Shown here piece by piece: positions 17,474 through 24,585 of a stretch of DNA of 29,668 nt. This stretch comes from an uncultured Nitrososphaerota archaeon (GTDB lineage: Archaea > Thermoproteota > EX4484-205 > JAAOZP01), in assembly GCA_964416155.1 (NCBI GenBank), contig CAYQCW010000017.1, forward strand, positions 1 through 29,668. The letters are read 5' to 3'. The position numbers were made by a program, and so were the translations under genes. A model generated the notes under the pieces. That model made no database searches. It saw only the letters and a program-made list of their open reading frames with translations, and had not been told where the DNA came from. Position 1 is the first letter of the stretch. Each line of letters starts with the position of its first letter.

Positions 17474-18535
17474 TCACCTCTCTTTGAAAAGCCTCCTGTA
17501 CCTCGCGTAGGTCGAGTAATCAATGTATTTACGCTTATCCAAGTAGTACATCACAGGCGGGGCCAGCTTCCTTTTAGAATCTATGGCTTCCGTCACCCTT
17601 ATGCTGAAGGAGTCTGACCCGGCTCCAGAACCGTAGGAGGTTAACAGAATCCTCTCCCCGGGGCTTGCAACATCCAAAACTGCCGCCAGGCCGATTAGAG
17701 AAGAGCCCGAGTAAGTGTTTCCAAGACGGTTTACCAGGAGCCCAGGATGGAGCTTCTTATCCTCGAAGCCGAGCTCCCTGGCGGCTTTCAACGGGAACTT
17801 CGAGTTAGGCTGGTGGAACACCACGTAGTCGTAATCCCGAGGCGTTGACCCAGTTTTTTCAAGAAGAACTCTCGTGCAGTTTATAACGTGCTCGAAATAA
17901 GCGGGCTCGCCTGTGAATCTTCCAGCATGCTTAGGGTAGTTGGCGCCATCCCTTCTCCAGAAGTCAGGGACATCCTGCGTGTAAGAATATGTTGCCTCAA
18001 CCTCGGCGATCACTCCTTCCCCCGCACCTATGACGTAGGCGGCTCCGCCTGCGGCAGCAGCATACTCGAGCGCGTCCCTAGGTGCCCCCTGGGCTGTGTC
18101 AGCCCCTATCGAGACACCGTACCTTATGTACCCTGCCTTAACCATCCCTAGGCATGCTTGAACCGCTGTTGTCGCAGCCTTGCAGGCAAACTCTGTGTCC
18201 GCCGCGGTTAGGCTTGGGGTTAAGCCGAGGGCTTCTGCGACGGTTGCTGCAGTCGGCTTAACCACGTAAGGATGGGATTCTGAGCCCACAAACAGGGCGC
18301 CGACCTCGCTCGGCTTAACCTCCCACGCCCGCCTCATAGCGTTTCTCGCAGCCTCAACAGCTATCGTGGCAGTATCCTCGTCTAGCGACGGAACAGACTT
18401 CTCCTCTATTCCAAGCCCGTCCCTGTAGGAGTTTGCATCATGCCCCCAGACTCTCGCTATCTCTTCAACCCTGATTCTCAGCCTAGGCACGTACACCCCG
18501 TAGCCAACTATCCCAACCCTTATGCTTGAATCCAA
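17474..18535 (-). CDS. Hydroxymethylglutaryl-CoA synthase (archaeal)
   Basis: GSESHPY, EFACKA (catalytic Cys), [21 protein letters not shown] and SYGSGAGSD. Confidence 0.95.
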   Translation of the reverse strand: MDSSIRVGIVGYGVYVPRLRIRVEEIARVWGHDANSYRDGLGIEEKSVPSLDEDTATIAVEAARNAMRRAWEVKPSEVGALFVGSESHPYVVKPTAATVAEALGLTPSLTAADTEFACKAATTAVQACLGMVKAGYIRYGVSIGADTAQGAPRDALEYAAAAGGAAYVIGAGEGVIAEVEATYSYTQDVPDFWRRDGANYPKHAGRFTGEPAYFEHVINCTRVLLEKTGSTPRDYDYVVFHQPNSKFPLKAARELGFEDKKLHPGLLVNRLGNTYSGSSLIGLAAVLDVASPGERILLTSYGSGAGSDSFSIRVTEAIDSKRKLAPPVMYYLDKRKYIDYSTYARYRRLFKER

Positions 18536-18682
18536 TGTTTGCGCTGCTTGAGGAAACCGATATTTAACCTTACCATTAGATGTTCAGAAAACATCCGTCT
18601 AAAGCCGATTGATTTTCAACTGTAAAACATGTTCGACCGGCGCATGAAACCTTGAAAAAAGGAATGAAAGCCGCCACACCGC

Positions 18683-20308
18683 CTAATTCTCTTGGAGAAG
18701 CGTCTTAAGACGGGTTACCACGTTTTCCCTGCCTAGGGTGGCAAGCAGGTAGCCGAGCCTTGGGCCACTACCCCTTCCGGTGAAAACCATGTAAAGCTTC
18801 TCGAAGAAGCTTGACGAGGAGATGCTGTGCCTACGGGCGGTGGAGTAAATAATGTTCTGTATTTCCTCACCGTTAAACTCTTTCAGAGACGAAAGTTCCT
18901 GCATGAGCTCCTTAAAAGCCTGTTTGAAGCCGTTTAAATCAACTTCCACAGGCTCCCTCTTAACAACGTACTTGGCGTCCGCGAACGTTGAAAGCCAGTT
19001 TCCAGCAAGCCTAAGTCTCCGGAGCACCCTCTCCCTGTCTTCTTCGTAAGCCTCCTCTTTCACGACCCCCGCCCTAACCAGGCTTCTGTAAGCCTCCTCA
19101 ACCGGGTAGAACTGGACAACGTAGCTTGCAAGCAGGTAGCTTACCCTCAATAGCTTCTTGGCGGGAACTTTTCCAACGATTGTCGGATATATTCTTGCAG
19201 CCTCCTCCGAGTCTCCTTTGAAAAAGCTTTCCTCAAACCTGTCGAACTCCTCAACCAAGAGGTGCAGATTTTTCAAATCAATGTTTCTCTGCATCATCGG
19301 CCTCTTAGTGTAGAGGTACTTTATCACCTCTGGCTCAAGAACCTTCAGCAGGTCGTGCAGTATGTACGCGTTCCCCTTTCTACTCGACATTTTTTCGCCG
19401 TTGACTAGGAAGAACTCGTATACGAGGCTTGCCGGCGGCTCTATCCCGTAGACTTCCCTAGCCAATGCTTGACCAGACTTCCAAGAGCCCTCGTAATGAT
19501 CCTTTCCGAAGGGCTCCGCATTAACTTGGAAAACCCTCCACTGTGCAACCCACTCTAGACGCCAGGGAAGCTTACCCTCTTTCAGCGTTGAAACACCCCT
19601 GTGTCCACAACCCTTTATCACGTATTTTCCGGCTAGAACCCTTCCCTTACACTCATACTCAACAGTTTCACTACTCGGGTCAAAGCGTAGAGCCGTGGTG
19701 GTTATTTTTCCACAGTTGCTGCAGACAGGGTGGAACGGTATCCAGTTTTTCTCAACGTTTCTCTGAAACCTGCTTAAAACCTCCCTGACGAGCATCGTCT
19801 TAGAAAGGGTCAGCCTAGTGGCTTCGAGAAACCTTCCGCTCGAGTAAGACTCGCTGTTATCATAGTTCTCCATGACTATTCCTATTCTGCTCAACCCGTC
19901 TTGAATCACGGAGGTGAAATGCTCCCCCCAAGACCTGTGACATCCGAAAACATCCGGTATCCGGCTGTACGGCCAGCCTAAGTGTTTCTCAAGCGTCGCG
20001 AGCTCCTGCTCCGTGAAAACATGCCACTCCCCATCCCCGTCGGGAGCGGACGGTGGAATAGTCCTGAGAGGATCCATGTCGTCGTTAGTGTATATCAGTC
20101 TTGCGCTAACACCCTTCCTGGTTAAAGCATCATATATGAAGAAGGCACGGATCTGGTCGTTCATGTTTCCAATGTGCTTCCCCCCGGAGGGGGAGCCGCC
20201 GCTCTTAACGGTTACAAGAGGCATACTGTTTCTCCTAGCATGCTCAATCGCAGAATCGGCCACCGCATCAGCCCAGAACACGAACCTGCCCTTATTCCTG
20301 CCCTCCAT
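18683..20308 (-). CDS. lysS: Lysyl-tRNA synthetase, class I
   Basis: FWAD, SPSGGKHIGN (HIGH), KLPWRLEW, EPFGKDH, KMSSRKGN and SGPRLG. Start ATG 20308; the longer ORF would overlap the tRNA. Confidence 0.95.
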   Translation of the reverse strand: MEGRNKGRFVFWADAVADSAIEHARRNSMPLVTVKSGGSPSGGKHIGNMNDQIRAFFIYDALTRKGVSARLIYTNDDMDPLRTIPPSAPDGDGEWHVFTEQELATLEKHLGWPYSRIPDVFGCHRSWGEHFTSVIQDGLSRIGIVMENYDNSESYSSGRFLEATRLTLSKTMLVREVLSRFQRNVEKNWIPFHPVCSNCGKITTTALRFDPSSETVEYECKGRVLAGKYVIKGCGHRGVSTLKEGKLPWRLEWVAQWRVFQVNAEPFGKDHYEGSWKSGQALAREVYGIEPPASLVYEFFLVNGEKMSSRKGNAYILHDLLKVLEPEVIKYLYTKRPMMQRNIDLKNLHLLVEEFDRFEESFFKGDSEEAARIYPTIVGKVPAKKLLRVSYLLASYVVQFYPVEEAYRSLVRAGVVKEEAYEEDRERVLRRLRLAGNWLSTFADAKYVVKREPVEVDLNGFKQAFKELMQELSSLKEFNGEEIQNIIYSTARRHSISSSSFFEKLYMVFTGRGSGPRLGYLLATLGRENVVTRLKTLLQEN

Positions 20309-20360
20309 GCTTGGTTGAGGCGAATTAGGTTTAAAAAGCCTATGTAAATAAAGTTTAACA

Positions 20361-20454
20361 GGGCCCGTGGCCAAGCCAGGATAAAGGCGTCGAGAGGCTT
20401 ACTCGCGCAGGCCTCCGGAGCCGGAGAACCTGGGTTCAAATCCCAGCGGGCCCG
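20361..20454 (+). tRNA. tRNA-Arg(CCG) with an 18-nt intron (20393-20410) at non-canonical position 29/30; CCA not encoded
   Basis: Acceptor GGGCCCG/CGGGCCC-G; D arm GCC..GGC; after splicing, anticodon stem TCGGC/GCCGG with loop CT-CCG-GA; T arm CTGGG-TTCAAAT-CCCAG; BHB-like junction; TATA TTTAAAAA at 20330-20337. Confidence 0.9.
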
Positions 20455-20558
20455 CTGTCTCCATGGTTGACATGTGAAGACGTGTTCTAGAGCATGCTCG
20501 GGAAAGATTGTGTTTGCCCTGAAAAAATACGGTTTCTAGAAGATGCCAGTTAACGGCT

Positions 20559-21611
20559 TTAAACTCTTCTAGGCCTCCTGTCCAGCGCCTTCGGCAGGGG
20601 TGGGAACTTCTTATGGGGCTCAGACTGGTACCAGTATGCTACGCTCGAATAATCGTTACCCTGATCGTTAGCATGCCCGTGTTCAATAGTCACTCTGATA
20701 GACTCCGTGAACCTGACTGGGTCTTCTATGTGAAACCTGTAGATGCTCCACTTGCCGGACCACTCTGCAGTGTCTCCAGCCAGTGAGACGCCGTGATACG
20801 GCCCTGAGTATTCCCCGCATGGGAAGCCCCATGCCGCCAGGAAGTAGTCCTCAGTCCCGGTGCCGTGGATGCTGGGCGGCCACTTCTCCCCGTCTACGAA
20901 AATCATGTCGTCACCCTCTCCGAACCAAGTGTACTTCTGGTGGAAAGCGTTGAAATTGTCCACGCTGAGGACGCAACCCACGTAGTGGCCAACCCCCTCG
21001 GCATACAGTATCAGATAGTTATCGTCGCCAGTGGTGTTCAACTCTTCTCCGCTGTGCTTCACTGGGGTGCACGGGTTCTCCCTGTTCCACCAGCAGTGGA
21101 ACCTTCCGTAGCCGTCGGGCTTCTCGTCAAACTGCTCGTAGTCCACGTGGAAGTATAGGATAATCTCATCGTCCCTCTCATTCTCAACCTCTATCCTAGC
21201 CCCGTTTGAGAAAGGCATTGGGAAGTAGCAGTTCATTCCCGCGTTGACCCCTCTGCCGGGTCCTCTCACCATGCTTAATGGGAGTGAGACGAAACGGTTT
21301 GCGACACCGTGCCCGACTCCAAAAAAGTCTCCGAGAGGTGTTTCAACGCTAGCGTCCTGCTCACCATCCCAGTACATCCTCAACACGGTGTCTCTCAGGC
21401 AGAACTTGTTGAGTGAGCTCACCGTAAACCATATGTGTCTTATTATTCCCGCCCCTTTGATTTCAGCTATGTTCAGTATTTCGCGGGAGCCAACTATCAT
21501 GTAATCCTTGTTCCCACCAGTCTTGTCGAAGGAGGAGATCCTGTTGGTTTTAGCGTGAACTATTCTAGGTAGGTTTGAAAGCGGCCCGTTTAAAAACCTC
21601 AACCCATCCAT
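20559..21611 (-). CDS. DUF2961 / glycoside hydrolase family 172 protein
   Basis: SSFDKTGGNKD, LRMYWDGE, PLGDFFG, NCYFPMPF, FGEGDDMIFVDG, GTGTEDYF, YRFHIEDP and IEHGHAN. Confidence 0.88.
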   Translation of the reverse strand: MDGLRFLNGPLSNLPRIVHAKTNRISSFDKTGGNKDYMIVGSREILNIAEIKGAGIIRHIWFTVSSLNKFCLRDTVLRMYWDGEQDASVETPLGDFFGVGHGVANRFVSLPLSMVRGPGRGVNAGMNCYFPMPFSNGARIEVENERDDEIILYFHVDYEQFDEKPDGYGRFHCWWNRENPCTPVKHSGEELNTTGDDNYLILYAEGVGHYVGCVLSVDNFNAFHQKYTWFGEGDDMIFVDGEKWPPSIHGTGTEDYFLAAWGFPCGEYSGPYHGVSLAGDTAEWSGKWSIYRFHIEDPVRFTESIRVTIEHGHANDQGNDYSSVAYWYQSEPHKKFPPLPKALDRRPRRV

Positions 21612-21673
21612 AGAGAGGATAAGGCTGTTTTCCTTTTAAGGTTTTCCAGTGAAAACGGGTTCTTTTAAAAAGT

Positions 21674-22540
21674 TTAGAAGATCACTTCTTCGAAAAGCTT
21701 CAGAAATCTGTCGACGTCAACACCTAGGCAAACGGAAGCGTTTGGAGCGCCGCCGGTGAGAACAGTGAAGCCGCGCGTGTGCTCCCCCTTAAGCTCAACC
21801 TCAACCTTGGTTTTCTCGAACGATACAATCTTGTCATCTACAAGCGTAGCTAAAGCCAATGGGTCGTGTAAAACCGGCTGCCTGAAGCCAGTGTTCCTAG
21901 TCCAAGCGTCAAGCATAGCGGAAACCAGCCTGTGCTCCCGTTTCTCACTAGACTTTAGCTTCTCAACCATGCTAACGGGCATTACGCATCTCATTGTGAT
22001 GTCAAGCCCGACTAGAAGCGGATTCAACCCTGACTTGAGCACTAGGCTTAAAGCCTCAGGATCGCATTTAACATTGTATTCCGCACCAGAACCCTTGAAG
22101 ACCCCTGCCATAGAGGTGAGGCTAATCCTCTTCCCGAAATCGGGCTCGAAAAGCACTGTTAAAGCCACGTTAGTCACTGGGCCAACGCTGACAAGGTTAA
22201 GCCCGTCTAATCCACAGGCCTTCTCCGCAATAATTTTCCAAGCCGGAGTCTTCAGAATGTTTGAAAAGTCTTCTTCCTCTCTTAAAACCTCTGCTTGACA
22301 AGGTTTCCACCCGGGTCTAAATCCAAGCAGGCTCTGGGAAGAGCCCAAGGCTACAGATGTTTTAACGCCTAGTGTGGATATCAGCTTGGAGGCTAGTTTA
22401 GCCCTTAACTCGACTTCTCCCCAGACGACTGTAACCGCCTCCAGTTCCAGCTCACTGCACTTCAGCGCGAACAACAGGGCGAAAGCATCATCTATATCGT
22501 CACCTATGTCAGTATCCAGAATGATTGGCTTAACCATCAT
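21674..22540 (-). CDS. Nucleoside hydrolase (IUNH family)
   Basis: ILDTDIGDDIDDAFAL, GPVTNVA, AEYNVKCDPEA and LHDPLA. Confidence 0.92.
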   Translation of the reverse strand: MMVKPIILDTDIGDDIDDAFALLFALKCSELELEAVTVVWGEVELRAKLASKLISTLGVKTSVALGSSQSLLGFRPGWKPCQAEVLREEEDFSNILKTPAWKIIAEKACGLDGLNLVSVGPVTNVALTVLFEPDFGKRISLTSMAGVFKGSGAEYNVKCDPEALSLVLKSGLNPLLVGLDITMRCVMPVSMVEKLKSSEKREHRLVSAMLDAWTRNTGFRQPVLHDPLALATLVDDKIVSFEKTKVEVELKGEHTRGFTVLTGGAPNASVCLGVDVDRFLKLFEEVIF

Positions 22541-22652
22541 GCTACACCGAGAGAAACGGTTTTCTCAGGTTAATAAAGAATGCTGTCTTAAAGTGGGATG
22601 GATTAAAATCTTTTAACGTGCACTCTAATCTTTTTTAAACGGGTATGTTTAT

Positions 22653-22909
22653 ATGAAACAGCCGTTTAATGCTAACGACGTGCCTAGCTCAAAAGCTGCT
22701 TTAATATTAGGTTACGTTAGGCTAGCGCGTCCTTTAGGCTCGTTTCTAATAGGCTTAGCTACTTTTTTAGGCCAGGTGGTTGCTCGAGAGTTTGCCAACT
22801 TTACCTTTTTAAGGATCCTACGAAAGACAGGGCATTAAAAACCATAAGGCAAGTAAATCTTTGGATGGCTTTGATTCTAATCGCCTCCATCACAGCTGCC
22901 AGCCTTTGA
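22653..22909 (+). pseudogene. Internally deleted UbiA-family prenyltransferase (DGGGP-synthase-like) relic
   Basis: First frame gives YVRLARPLGSFLIGLATFLGQVVA (UbiA N-terminal RP + TM1). Another frame from ~22802 gives YLFKDPTKDRALKTIRQVNLWMALILIASITAASL* (DGGGPS-like last helix). The core is absent. Confidence 0.6.
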
Positions 22910-22953
22910 ATAACCATTCATAGTAACAGATGCGAATAATCTTGCCGCTTACA

Positions 22954-24339
22954 TTATAACTTTTGAATATAGTTGTCAACATCAAACTTTCTTTTCAAGC
23001 CGTTTTCACTCATGTATCTGACTTTCCCGTAAACCGGTCTTTCTTTCCAAGGACGATCATGTTTACCGAAACACCACGCTACTCCTGCGAAACTATTCGG
23101 ATCCCTGCCGTCAAGCTCATACTTATTGTTAAGGTATAGGGATATACGAAAAGCCTCAACCGGGTTTTCAACCCACTCGAGAATCTTCTTAGCCCAATAC
23201 ATCCGCATGTAGCCGTGCATTTTTCCGGTTTTAACCATTTCCAGTTGAGCAGCGTTCCAGAAAGAGTCATGAGTTTCTCCGTTTTCAAGCTCTTTCAAGC
23301 CATAAACGTATGGCCGCCTGTCTTTACGGTGCTTCAACAGCGTGGTTTTCGCCCACTTGGGAAGACAGTCAAAAGAATCGTGCTTCTCATTGTAGAACAC
23401 GAAGTTCATACTCAACTCTCTTCTAACAATGAGTTCCTCCAGATAGGCCTCTCTACCCGGGCTTTCCGTTTTCAAAACCTCTAAAGCTATGTAGACTGGT
23501 GAAATCTGTCCGAAATGCAAGTAGGGGCTCATGTTTGAAACATAGTCTACAGTAGGGTCATTTCTAAGAGTGTGATATTCATCAAGCTTATGCCTTATGA
23601 AAAACCTCAGGTGCTTCTTAGCCTCACTCGTCCCGCCTTTAAAGCTTTCCACCCTCTTCACAGTCCTATCGACATTAAGCTCGTCGATCAGGCGTTCAGG
23701 GTTTTCAAGATCAACTGATTCAAACTCCAGATCTAGAGAATGAACCCTTAGGCTCCTCTCTTTCAAAGGAGTCAAGTATTTTTTGAGAACCCTCATGAGT
23801 TTAGGCCTAAGGGTTGCTGCAGAGTATTCCTCTTTGGACGATGCTGTTTCAACGGGAACCACTACGTTGGTTTCAACTTGAATAAAAGGGCAGGATGCTT
23901 TTCCCGCCACATATTCATACCATTTCCTCTGAATCTTTAAGTATCCTCTGTCGCTCACCAAGAGAGACGCATCTCTGGATAATTCAAGAACACCTTTCTC
24001 GGGTGACTTGCCCCAAGCCACCAATTGTATTCCACGCTCCTCAAGAGATTTCTCGGCTTCGAGAAGCCCTTCAAGCATAAACCAGTAGCTTCTTTCATTA
24101 GCCTCCGGAAAACTGCTAGTAATCCCGAAGAACGCGATTAGAGGCATGTTTAATTCATTAGCTTTTTCAACGGCGTATTCGAGAGCATGATTATATTCTA
24201 CCCTAGGGGAAGCCTGCATCCAGTAGAGTACATATTTGCGATCCCTCAGGCTCGCTTCGTTAAGTTGCTTTATTCTTTCTTTTCGAATAGGCTCAGGTTT
24301 AAACCCATGGTCGGTTGATATGCGAATATTCAACAGCAA
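22954..24339 (-). CDS. phrB: Class II CPD DNA photolyase
   Basis: LYWMQ, SPYLHFGQIS, EELIVRREL, WNAAQLEMVKTGKMHGYMRMYWAKKILEW, DGRDPN and HDRPWKERPVYGKVRYM. Confidence 0.93.
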   Translation of the reverse strand: MLLNIRISTDHGFKPEPIRKERIKQLNEASLRDRKYVLYWMQASPRVEYNHALEYAVEKANELNMPLIAFFGITSSFPEANERSYWFMLEGLLEAEKSLEERGIQLVAWGKSPEKGVLELSRDASLLVSDRGYLKIQRKWYEYVAGKASCPFIQVETNVVVPVETASSKEEYSAATLRPKLMRVLKKYLTPLKERSLRVHSLDLEFESVDLENPERLIDELNVDRTVKRVESFKGGTSEAKKHLRFFIRHKLDEYHTLRNDPTVDYVSNMSPYLHFGQISPVYIALEVLKTESPGREAYLEELIVRRELSMNFVFYNEKHDSFDCLPKWAKTTLLKHRKDRRPYVYGLKELENGETHDSFWNAAQLEMVKTGKMHGYMRMYWAKKILEWVENPVEAFRISLYLNNKYELDGRDPNSFAGVAWCFGKHDRPWKERPVYGKVRYMSENGLKRKFDVDNYIQKL

Positions 24340-24396
24340 TTGGAAAATCGCCAGCCCGGATTAAAAACTTAATGTGTTACGATAGTTTTAGCGCAT

Positions 24397-24558
24397 GCTC
24401 CGTTTCCTGACAGAGCGGGTTAAGCGGAATACAAGACGAGTTTTCGCGAAGCGATACGGTATCGTAGGGAGTTAAACCTTCCGGATGACTGGTCTAGTGA
24501 AAGAGAACCGCTTCACATCGGGACCATCGACTACCAGAGCAAAATATGGCTGAACAGC
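24397..24558 (+). pseudogene. Fragment of a GH2 N-terminal sugar-binding domain, two frameshifts
   Basis: APFP / QSGLSGIQDE / FREAIRYRRELNLPDDWSSEREPLHIGTIDYQSKIWLN, resembling the GH2 pattern VPFP-ES-LSG...WYRR-F-P-W---R--LHFGAVDY---VW-NG. Confidence 0.65.
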
Positions 24559-24585
24559 AGTAGTTCGGCTAACTTTAAAACGTTT

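Noticed and set aside
15814-18535. HMGCS-thiolase-DUF35 operon as a novel system
   Set aside because: It is the established archaeal mevalonate-entry channelling complex.
20212-20439. 75-aa ORF and the extended lysS start at 20374
   Set aside because: Both overlap the tRNA gene or its promoter; ORF-caller artefacts.
8209-21633. GGAAAACAG (minus strand) upstream of argG, the 82-aa ORF and GH172
   Set aside because: Variable spacing, unrelated genes, and it also occurs inside coding regions (near 2296 and 26169); likely compositional.
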